From positions 9,566 to 73,565 of the forward strand of contig JAYSGB010000009.1 of NCBI GenBank assembly GCA_041913045.1: 64,000 nt of DNA. The letters are read 5' to 3'. This document shows positions 9,513 through 17,583 of the stretch, one piece after another. Under the pieces are notes generated by a model that made no database searches, was not told where the DNA came from, and saw only the letters and a program-made list of their open reading frames with translations. The first letter of the stretch is position 1; each line of letters starts with the position of its first letter. This stretch comes from Burkholderiaceae bacterium. Lineage in GTDB: Bacteria; Pseudomonadota; Gammaproteobacteria; Burkholderiales; Burkholderiaceae_C. Both the position numbers and the translations under genes were made by a program.

Positions 9513-10904
9513 ATGTTTACGCCCCTGCCTCAGTCAATGTCCAAATTGGAAGCGGCCGTGCAACTGCTCGACGACCCAGGGCTGCAGCCGCCACCGCCCG
9601 ACATCTTAGAGATCGGTGAGCGTCTGAGAAAAGTTTATGCGCGGGCGCGTTCAAATGGCTACACCGATATCAGTCGCAGTGAACTGCGTAAGTTGCCTTT
9701 TGCGTACTGGGCCTCCTCCTCTCCCGTACTTACCCAGGTTGAACCTGATCTCGTAAGTCAGTATTGGAATATACACCTTCCCCAGGCGTTGACCGCCAGT
9801 CCACGGCGTGCCAAGCGATGGTTGGCGCCGCTCTTCTTCGTCTACTGTGAGCGCTTTTCTCAAAAAGACAGCGAGTTTCTTGCCTTTGCGTCAAGGCTCG
9901 TACGCGCGATCCAGATGGCGCAGGGCTTGTTTGCCCAAAGGATGCAATTCCTTCAGTCGGAGTATCGATTTTTTAATCCAATCGAAGCTCCGAGTCGTTT
10001 GGCCAACTTTTTCTTTCTGAGTCGAACAAAGGCCTTGGATGCATTACTCAGCGATCTTCAACTTTGGCCAGGTTTCCTCGCGTCCGAATTTGGATCAGCT
10101 GTTTTTAAAGCAGGTCTCGGTGCTTCTGTGGAGAGTCTCCGGGATTCACAGACTGTTCATCGATTGCTGGATTGGGCAAGACGTGGACAGGTCAAAGTAG
10201 TCAAGACAGACCTACGTATTACGTTTGCTAACGCACTGTTGAGCTGCTGGGTCGGCCGTAAGCCCGTAGAGTCTTTGAAGAATGTCTTAGTGGATCATTT
10301 TTTGAAGGAGTACGGCGACCCCCGATTCCAATCTCATCTTCACTATCAGTGGGATGGTGTTTCTCAGCAAGCCAAAGGAGTCATTCTCAATTGGTTGACT
10401 GGTGACACATTGCGCGGCTTTATGAAGTTGCTGCAGCGCACTGCGGATGATATTTGGCAGTATCGACAGAAGTTCTGGATGGCGTACTACGAGAGGGGAT
10501 ATATCGATGAAGCATGGATGGCTCTTGGAGACACAGCATGGTGGGCTGCTCAGAGCCTAAAAGCAGATGAAAAGGGAATGGGTTGCGCACGTTTGGATGG
10601 TGGCGCGGCGAGCAATCAATCCGTTCTGATCCTGAAGATTGGGGGCCTCGTTTTTACTGAATGGAGTCACAACGGCAGCTTGCGTGCTTATCGTGAAGGT
10701 AGTCCGGAAGCGCCGACGCTTTACAAGTCCAGTTACCACGGTGCGGACCTGCGATCGGCAACGTCACTTGATTTTCACGACGGCATGAACATGAATCCTG
10801 AACTTCGACACATGAACGCTGAGGGTGGAACTTGGCAACGCAAAGCAAGAGATTTCATTCGTCGACAAACCAACGTGCATTTGAGTGATTCGGAGATTTT
10901 GTGA
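9513..10904 (+). CDS. zorC: ZorC-like protein (EH-signature-domain candidate)
   Basis: A 463-aa protein in the position between zorB and the SNF2 helicase. It has a possible E..H signature (FTEWSHNG). The assignment rests mostly on conserved Zorya type I gene order. Confidence 0.65.
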   Translation: MFTPLPQSMSKLEAAVQLLDDPGLQPPPPDILEIGERLRKVYARARSNGYTDISRSELRKLPFAYWASSSPVLTQVEPDLVSQYWNIHLPQALTASPRRAKRWLAPLFFVYCERFSQKDSEFLAFASRLVRAIQMAQGLFAQRMQFLQSEYRFFNPIEAPSRLANFFFLSRTKALDALLSDLQLWPGFLASEFGSAVFKAGLGASVESLRDSQTVHRLLDWARRGQVKVVKTDLRITFANALLSCWVGRKPVESLKNVLVDHFLKEYGDPRFQSHLHYQWDGVSQQAKGVILNWLTGDTLRGFMKLLQRTADDIWQYRQKFWMAYYERGYIDEAWMALGDTAWWAAQSLKADEKGMGCARLDGGAASNQSVLILKIGGLVFTEWSHNGSLRAYREGSPEAPTLYKSSYHGADLRSATSLDFHDGMNMNPELRHMNAEGGTWQRKARDFIRRQTNVHLSDSEIL

Positions 10905-13717
10905 ATCTTGACTTGACTCCACACGGTGTGACGTGGCTTCTCAGTAATACCGTCTCTAATTGGCAAGCGTCTCTGCCCATTCAGGCGGCGACGGCTTTGA
11001 ACGATTTCCTTGCCGAGCACATGGAAGTGCTTGATCAGACATCCCTTACTGTGCCAGCGGAGATCGTTGCGTCATGGTCGGAGGTTGCAGCATTGCAGTT
11101 GGGTCTTCCATCGAATTGCCCGCTCGCTTTTGATGTGCGTCTTTCTGGTGCGATGGGTAAGCCTGGTGCGCAAATCAGTGTTCGGTGGCTTCAGCCAGGT
11201 AAAACTATCTCAGCTCGTGATGTTTCAATTGATAGACTTTGGTTGAACTATCAGGGGAAAAAATACAGGGTTAACTCACCAATTTATGACGTGCTGGGTC
11301 TTGTCGAGCGATTTAACAAGACACTGGACGCGACCATCGAGGAGCAGTTCCGTCTTTGGGCTGACATTCGGACTGCCTTGGGTGATTCTGGGGCCGAGAA
11401 GCTCACCGACAGTTTTTTGCGGTCTTTCCGGGTGATCTCGGCCTCAGCGTTGACCTTCTCGATAAGAACAGATGCGCGTGGGGAAGTGCAGCTAGATCCT
11501 GTTCTGTTGACCGAGAGGGGTGAGAGCGGTGACGGAACATCCGCACTCGTTCGTGCTTTGTCTGAAGTGGATGAGGAGCTTTTCCCTCAGAGGTTGGATC
11601 AGTTGCGCGAAGGGGTGCCAGCGTTCCCCTTAAGTCAGGGTACCTATGTCGTTGCCGATGAGCCTTTGCAGCGTGCATTGGCGGCGGTGCGTAAGCTCAG
11701 GAAGGCTCCTGCAGAGCAGCGCAAGCGTGCTGCAATGTATCCCGAAGCGGTTATTCGCGAATTGATGGAGGCCGAAGAGTCAGAGCCAACGGTTTTTGTC
11801 GAGACTGAAAAGTTCGCCGAGCGTGTTCGTGATGTCGGTGAGTGGTCTGCACCGGTGTTGCCATGGATCAAGATTTCCCCTCAAAAGTGGGATGCACCAC
11901 AGTCTGGTGGTATTCGAATTGACGGGGTTGATTTGCCACTTGACCAGTCGGCTGTGGCGCAGGCTGTACACGACATACAGGCTGCAATTTCTGAGGGCAA
12001 GCCGTCTATCACCGTCGGTGGTCAGAGCATTCCCGCTACTTCGGCGAATGCAAGCGCGCTGGGTCAGCTGTACAGAGCCATGACCAAACCTCCTGGAGAG
12101 TCTGGCACTGAAACACCTGATGATCCTTCAGTCAAAAACGTCCTGATCATCGAGACCAATTTCGATGAAACCTCATTTACCCGTACATCCCTTGGCAAAC
12201 GTGCTGGCTATGAGCGACTGCCGCATGGCTTGAAAACAAGCCCCAAAAAACACCAGGAGCTGGGTTTGAGTTGGCTCCAAAAGCACTGGATTGAAGGCAG
12301 CAGAGGAGCCATGCTGTGCGACGACATGGGCTTGGGTAAGACCTTCCAGGCACTCGCTTTTTGTTTGTGGCTGCACGAGTGCATGGATGAAGGTTTGTTG
12401 CCGAAGAAGCCTTTGCTGGTTGTCGCTCCTGTTGGTCTTCTGCGAAATTGGGAGTCCGAGATCGATGAGCACCTCTTTGCTCCCGGCCTTGGGGACATGG
12501 TTCGCGCCTACGGCGATCATCTCAAATCGCTTCGGCGAGGTCGGCATCTGGATGGTACAGCTGGACTGGACACTGCACGGTTGGCCTCTGCCAATGTGGT
12601 GCTCGCCAACTATGAAGCGGTATCGGATTATCAGTTGAGTTTTGGAGCCGTACCTTTTGCTGCGGTAGTGTTGGATGAGGCGCAGAAGATCAAATCGCCG
12701 AAGGCTCGGATGACGCACGCCATTAAGGGGTTGAATGCGGATTTCATGCTGGCTATGACAGGAACGCCAATTGAGAATCGTTTGGCCGATCTTTGGTGTA
12801 TCGCGGATGCAGTGCAGCCAGGCGCACTCTCCGACCTGAAGGAATTTAGCGCAACCTACGAGGTCGAGGGCGCCAATGTTCAGCAACTGCGAGAACAGGT
12901 GTGGCAGGAGGAATCTGACATCCGACATGTGCCGAAGCTGCTCTTGCGACGTCTGAAAACTGAAAAGCTTGATGGACTTCCGGCCAAGCATGAGCACTTG
13001 TTGAAGATCCCGATGCCAGCCCGTCAGTTAGAGGCGTACAAGCGTGCACTGGCTATGAAGGAGATATCTGGGCCTGCAGGTACATTAGGGATGATCCATG
13101 CTCTCAGACGTGCGTCGTTGCACCCCGCATTGATTGAGGGCGGTGCTAAGGCCTCTGAGTTGAAGGTAGAGGATTCAGCACGGTTTATTGCCCTGATGCG
13201 TATCTTGGATCGGGTGGCAGAGGGTGGCGAGAAGGTCTTGGTTTTTCTGGAGTCGTTGGACCTTCAGGATGCGGAGCAGTTACCCCTGCTTTTGCAGCGC
13301 CGCTACGGATTGCCCAAATCGCCCATGGTCATCAATGGGCAGGTCAGCACCGAGGTTCGGCAGCAGCGTGTCAACGCCTTTCAGCGTGATAAGGGCTTTG
13401 ACGTGATGCTGCTATCTCCAAAGGCGGGTGGCGTGGGGCTAACGCTGACAGCGGCCAACCACGTTATTCATCTGTCCCGGTGGTGGAACCCTGCAGTGGA
13501 GGACCAATGTTCAGATAGGGTTTACCGAATCGGTCAATCCAAGCCTGTTCACATTTATTACCCTCTGGCGGTCTTGCCGGGTCGCGAGGAACACAGCTTT
13601 GATTGGCAGCTGCAGATCCTAATGGATCGGAAACGTAAGCTGGCGTTGAATCTTCTGTCTGCGCCTGCGTTTACCCACGAGGATTATCAAACTCTTGTGG
13701 CTGGTATCCAAAAATAG
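10901..13717 (+). CDS. zorD: ZorD (SNF2-family helicase)
   Basis: SNF2 motifs are present: DDMGLGKTFQALAF, VVLDEAQKIKSP, MTGTPIENRLADLW and LLSPKAGGVGLTLTAANHVIHLSRWWNPAVEDQCSDRVYRIGQ. It has a long N-terminal extension. Its GTGA start overlaps the zorC stop. Confidence 0.85.
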   Translation: MNLDLTPHGVTWLLSNTVSNWQASLPIQAATALNDFLAEHMEVLDQTSLTVPAEIVASWSEVAALQLGLPSNCPLAFDVRLSGAMGKPGAQISVRWLQPGKTISARDVSIDRLWLNYQGKKYRVNSPIYDVLGLVERFNKTLDATIEEQFRLWADIRTALGDSGAEKLTDSFLRSFRVISASALTFSIRTDARGEVQLDPVLLTERGESGDGTSALVRALSEVDEELFPQRLDQLREGVPAFPLSQGTYVVADEPLQRALAAVRKLRKAPAEQRKRAAMYPEAVIRELMEAEESEPTVFVETEKFAERVRDVGEWSAPVLPWIKISPQKWDAPQSGGIRIDGVDLPLDQSAVAQAVHDIQAAISEGKPSITVGGQSIPATSANASALGQLYRAMTKPPGESGTETPDDPSVKNVLIIETNFDETSFTRTSLGKRAGYERLPHGLKTSPKKHQELGLSWLQKHWIEGSRGAMLCDDMGLGKTFQALAFCLWLHECMDEGLLPKKPLLVVAPVGLLRNWESEIDEHLFAPGLGDMVRAYGDHLKSLRRGRHLDGTAGLDTARLASANVVLANYEAVSDYQLSFGAVPFAAVVLDEAQKIKSPKARMTHAIKGLNADFMLAMTGTPIENRLADLWCIADAVQPGALSDLKEFSATYEVEGANVQQLREQVWQEESDIRHVPKLLLRRLKTEKLDGLPAKHEHLLKIPMPARQLEAYKRALAMKEISGPAGTLGMIHALRRASLHPALIEGGAKASELKVEDSARFIALMRILDRVAEGGEKVLVFLESLDLQDAEQLPLLLQRRYGLPKSPMVINGQVSTEVRQQRVNAFQRDKGFDVMLLSPKAGGVGLTLTAANHVIHLSRWWNPAVEDQCSDRVYRIGQSKPVHIYYPLAVLPGREEHSFDWQLQILMDRKRKLALNLLSAPAFTHEDYQTLVAGIQK

Positions 13718-13921
13718 AAAGTCGATTCATGCCTCAGTTCGATGAGGTCTGCGAAGGAAATGTTCTGATTTCCTGCCGGTTTCCCACAGGGGCGCGAGCC
13801 TAGCGTGGTCGGGCGTCAGTTTGGATTGCCCTTGTAGTCCACGTAAGGCGTTAGGTCGACGTGTTTGGCGCTGAGCCGAAAGGTCGAATCTTGCGGTTCC
13901 GATATATCTTTGTCGTCCGTT

Positions 13922-14524
13922 TCAAATCGCCGCAGCCCAGTCGGTGATGGCGCGTGCAAGTTTTTGGCCGGCCTGCCCAGATGGCTCGATCGGTGACGCC
14001 TCGGAAAAATCCGCCGCCTCGGTCAGCAGTGTGCGAAGGTCGAGGATGTCAAAGCGGTGTTGCATTGCGCTACGAGTCACCACATCATTGAAAACCGACA
14101 GCGCGGTCTCAAGGGCCGGGGTCAGTCCCGGCACGGCGTCGTAAATCGTACAGACCAGGGTAGGCAGTCGGCGCTCGGACACTCGATCCATAAGGTAATC
14201 GTAGTGACTCGTGAAATCCGTCTGGATGTGGTTCAGGTGCGCCAGGGCTTCCATCACGGAACTCACCGGGTGGTCTAGGGTGGGCAGCCATGACAGGGCA
14301 TCGTTACCACCGACGCTCAGCACCAGATGGGTCGTGCTCTGAGGCAACCGCTGCAACTGGGCATGCACCTGCCGCGTCACATCGCCGTCGACGGCCAGCA
14401 GGGTACAGGCGTGTGGGGATTTCAGCGTACGATGAAGGTGTTCTAGGACAGATTCGGAGGGCGCCACGTAGCTGGCGTTGTCGAAGATGGAGTCGCCCAG
14501 GAGAGCCAGATGGTGGGAGTTCAT
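13922..14524 (-). CDS. SGNH/GDSL-like hydrolase-fold protein (atypical block V)
   Basis: Block I is LLGDSIFDN and block III is SVGGNDA. The position normally occupied by DxxH reads SPIEPS. Confidence 0.65.
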   Translation of the reverse strand: MNSHHLALLGDSIFDNASYVAPSESVLEHLHRTLKSPHACTLLAVDGDVTRQVHAQLQRLPQSTTHLVLSVGGNDALSWLPTLDHPVSSVMEALAHLNHIQTDFTSHYDYLMDRVSERRLPTLVCTIYDAVPGLTPALETALSVFNDVVTRSAMQHRFDILDLRTLLTEAADFSEASPIEPSGQAGQKLARAITDWAAAI

Positions 14525-14609
14525 GGGTTCACATTCCTTAGTGATTGCCGCCAGAAAGAAGGGGGTGTCTGTCGTTTCTCGAAGCGTCTGCGCTGAGTTT
14601 GGGATGTGT

Positions 14610-15578
14610 TCATGAATAGGCCCGAATGGCCTGGGCCAGTTCCGCCTTAAGGGCGCTTCTCAATTCCTTGGGCTCCAGCGCCTCGACATGCGCCCCGTGA
14701 CGGAGAACGTCTAGCGTCAACTCCCTCAGGTCCGTGTATGGCAGCCGCATCTCCATGCGCCCGTCCGTGAGCCACGTGATTTCCTGCTTCGGGTGCCACA
14801 TCTCCCTTGATACCCAGCGTGCCCGCTCAGCCGAGAACCGCAGCCGCGCCCACTGCACTTCTCCACCAGAAAATATCCCGTACCCTTGTCCAACGAACTC
14901 CTCGAGCGCCCGCTCATCCACCTCCCGGCTCTTGACTTCCAGCAGGTGCACTTCTTCCATCGAGTCGAGGGCAAAGGAGCGCAAGCCGCCTCGCATGTGG
15001 CACCACGCTACGAGGTACCAGTTGCCCCGGTAATGCACCACCACTTGGGGTGAGACCACCCGTTCGCTTCGTTCGTCCCTGGCCCGGACGTAGTACCGCA
15101 GCGCTAACTGGCGGCGGGTGAGGAGGGCGGTGGCCACCATTTCGAAGTGCTGAGCCGCCACCGCACGGTGACCGGTGGTCAGCAGACGGAAGCGCTTCTC
15201 CACATCGTCGGCCGCGTGCTGGCCGGATTCAATCAGGGCCCGCAGCCGTGCTTTCAACGGTTCAACCTGTGCCTTGAGCAGCGTCGGCTGCAGGTCGGAC
15301 AGCATCGCCTGCATCATCAAGAGCGCGTAGGCCTCCTGGGCGTTGAACCAAAGGCCTGGCAGGTTCTGGGTTTCTGCCGCACCGTCCTGCTCGTACCGAT
15401 AGCCCCGCGACTCCCGGTCCCAGACGATGGGGTAGTTCAGCCGGTCGCGCATGTACTCGATGTCGCGCTTGAACGTTGCCCGGGAGACCGCCAACATTTC
15501 CAGCATCGTGCCGATGGGCACCGATCGCCCGCCTTGTAACAGGGCGTCGATTTTGTAGAAGCGCTCGGTCCGGTCCAT
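14610..15578 (-). CDS. WYL-domain transcriptional regulator (HTH-WYL-WCX architecture)
   Basis: The N-terminal HTH is MLEMLAVSRATFKRDIEYMRD. The central WYL motif is VVHYRGNWYLVAWCH. It has a C-terminal extension domain. Length is 322 aa, typical of BrxR/CapW/PafBC-like regulators. Confidence 0.85.
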   Translation of the reverse strand: MDRTERFYKIDALLQGGRSVPIGTMLEMLAVSRATFKRDIEYMRDRLNYPIVWDRESRGYRYEQDGAAETQNLPGLWFNAQEAYALLMMQAMLSDLQPTLLKAQVEPLKARLRALIESGQHAADDVEKRFRLLTTGHRAVAAQHFEMVATALLTRRQLALRYYVRARDERSERVVSPQVVVHYRGNWYLVAWCHMRGGLRSFALDSMEEVHLLEVKSREVDERALEEFVGQGYGIFSGGEVQWARLRFSAERARWVSREMWHPKQEITWLTDGRMEMRLPYTDLRELTLDVLRHGAHVEALEPKELRSALKAELAQAIRAYS

Positions 15579-15579
15579 C

Positions 15580-16383
15580 TCAGAGCAGCCTCACCGTTTC
15601 CAGGTCGGCCTTGCCGCCGTAGAACTGCTTCAGAGCCAAATGGAACACCGAGTGCGGTGCGGCCGATGCCCGTTCAAAAAGCGTCGCGCAGGAGCGAAAC
15701 TTCATCGCATCCACCGTCCCGAAGATGTCCTCTGCCCGACGGTTGGGGTGCTGCAGGATCAGGCGGAAGCACTCGTGCAGCCGCCGACCCAGTAAGGGGT
15801 GCTCCAGATACGCCCGGGCCTCGTCCAAGTCCACGATGCCGTACCTCTGGGCTTTCCTAGAGTGACCCAGCCCGTGTAGCTGCGGAAACACAAACCACAT
15901 CCAGTGCGTTTCCTTGCGACCGGCCCGAAGTTCCTCCATCGCGGTGTCGATGACTGGCGCCTGGGCCTGCACAAAGCGCTCCAGACCTGCGGGTGTCATT
16001 GTGCGACGCTGAGTCACCCTCTCAAGACCCGGCGGCTGTTGCCAATACTCACCGGACGAGTAGACCGGCCGTTCGAACCGCTTTACCCGTCGGAGGGGAA
16101 ACTGGGGCAATCCGGCCACCGCCCGAAATCCCGGCTGTTCACTGAGCGGCGTGAAGCCGTTGAACGCCAGGGCATGCTCGGCCTGAGCTGCATTCGCGTA
16201 CACCACTTCATCGAACACCAAACCGTGGTCATCGAAGAACAGGATGGACGTACCCGTCTGAGCCGACGAATCGGCCGTGCAGGCCTCGGCCAATATTGCC
16301 CAGTTCTGCTGCAGCATGCCTGTGACCTTGAACCACAGCGGTCCTCGGGGCAAGTCCAGCAGTTGAGCCTGTGGTCTGGCCAT
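15580..16383 (-). CDS. DUF1810-domain protein with an unknown ~130-aa N-terminal domain
   Basis: The C-terminal half matches DUF1810 as I recall it: LERFVQAQ, HWMWFVFPQLHGLGHS, AQRYGI..LDEARAYLEHPLLG.RL, FGTVDAMKFRSCATLF and QFYGGKADLETV. I prefer the start at 16383 (AAGGA upstream) over 16407. The gene ends 1 nt before the WYL start codon. Confidence 0.7.
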   Translation of the reverse strand: MARPQAQLLDLPRGPLWFKVTGMLQQNWAILAEACTADSSAQTGTSILFFDDHGLVFDEVVYANAAQAEHALAFNGFTPLSEQPGFRAVAGLPQFPLRRVKRFERPVYSSGEYWQQPPGLERVTQRRTMTPAGLERFVQAQAPVIDTAMEELRAGRKETHWMWFVFPQLHGLGHSRKAQRYGIVDLDEARAYLEHPLLGRRLHECFRLILQHPNRRAEDIFGTVDAMKFRSCATLFERASAAPHSVFHLALKQFYGGKADLETVRLL

Positions 16384-16428
16384 CTTCGTCCTTGGTGAAT
16401 TCGGCATGTATTCAGGTTATCTTGTTTA

Positions 16429-16449
16429 GTGGCTCATGCTGTGAGCCAC
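16429..16449. promoter_or_regulatory. perfect 8-5-8 palindrome (GTGGCTCA-TGCTG-TGAGCCAC), candidate operator
   Basis: It lies in the 123-bp divergent intergenic region between the DUF1810-WYL-SGNH operon and the COG3904-like / HExxH-HicA gene pair. Its function is inferred only. Confidence 0.35.
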
Positions 16450-16506
16450 ATGTCTGCCAATACTACCCCTATTGCAATCACTGTCTTATGGAGGTGGGGT
16501 GCTCAC

Positions 16507-17520
16507 ATGAAAGTTACCCTGCGCTTGCCCAAACTGGCCCGTCGCGACTACGTATCTCCCAGGTCCAATAATTGGCCAGGCATGAGGCAGTTCTTGTGTC
16601 TGCATTGGCGGGGTGAACTCGGGCTGTTTCGGACTCTGGTGGTTGCACTCTGTGTGGTGTTTTTGCCGACCACCTTGATCCTTTTTGGGGCCTTTCTGCT
16701 CAGCCTGGCCTTTCATCCCGAAAGCAAGCCCGTGGACATGATTTTTCGCCTTGGCTCCGCGGCACTGTTGCCCGCCATGTTCTGGTGGGCCGGGGGAACG
16801 TACCGCAAGTCCATGAACCTCCTGACCGAGTCGAGGACGGCGGCAGCTCTTCTCACATTTCTGATGGCTGGATTTGGAATCTGGATGCTGTGTGGTACGA
16901 CCAGGGAAGTCATCCAAGATAACTGGAAATCCCCCAGCGCCTACGAGCGTATGCTCAGCGAATGCGAGCGACGTGCAGATAAATGGATTTCGAAGCCTTG
17001 GGCCGTCACGGCGATGCCTGAACTCAACCGGATCGTCGTGAGCGGGAGCATTGGGGAAGGCAGCGCCAAGGCGCTAGAGCGAACGATCATGGATAACCCG
17101 CACCTAAAGCTTCTGCAGCTTGATTCCCCTGGGGGACTGGTTCATGAGAAAGAACTCATCATCGAGATCGTAAGAAAGCATGGCCTGGATACCCTTGTGC
17201 AAGGCCGTTGCGTGAGCGCTTGCACCGGCATCTTTCTAGCCGGTGAGCGCCGCTTTATCACACCAGATGCACGATTTGGCTTCCACCGTGCGGGCTACTG
17301 TGGACTACCGCGAGAAGCGCCCTGGATGATTTCGGACTACATGACCTCGATCTACTACCGCGAGCGTGGTGTTGAGGAGGGCTTCATGCAGGAGGCGATG
17401 GAAACACAGTATCACGACCTCTGGCGGCCCAGCGCCCTCGAGGTGAAGCTGGGCAAGTTCGCAACGCACTGGTGGTCAGAAAGGCCGGAAGAGTACAGCC
17501 GCGCGGCATTCATGAAATGA
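16507..17520 (+). CDS. membrane protein with a ClpP/S49-like (COG3904-type) C-terminal domain
   Basis: GGAGGTG lies 9 nt upstream of the ATG. There are three hydrophobic helices in the first ~150 aa. The C-terminal domain reads IVVSGSIGEGSAKALERTI..NP.LKLLQLDSPGGLV.E...I..IVRKHGLDT.V.G.CVSACTGIFLAG..RFI.P.A.FGFHRAG. This resembles the ClpP/SppA-type xDSPGG fold. Confidence 0.6.
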   Translation: MKVTLRLPKLARRDYVSPRSNNWPGMRQFLCLHWRGELGLFRTLVVALCVVFLPTTLILFGAFLLSLAFHPESKPVDMIFRLGSAALLPAMFWWAGGTYRKSMNLLTESRTAAALLTFLMAGFGIWMLCGTTREVIQDNWKSPSAYERMLSECERRADKWISKPWAVTAMPELNRIVVSGSIGEGSAKALERTIMDNPHLKLLQLDSPGGLVHEKELIIEIVRKHGLDTLVQGRCVSACTGIFLAGERRFITPDARFGFHRAGYCGLPREAPWMISDYMTSIYYRERGVEEGFMQEAMETQYHDLWRPSALEVKLGKFATHWWSERPEEYSRAAFMK

Positions 17521-17583
17521 GGGTTGGCCGGATTGTGGCTCTAAAGATCAGTTGCAAGCTCGGCTTCACAATGGAGTGACCTT

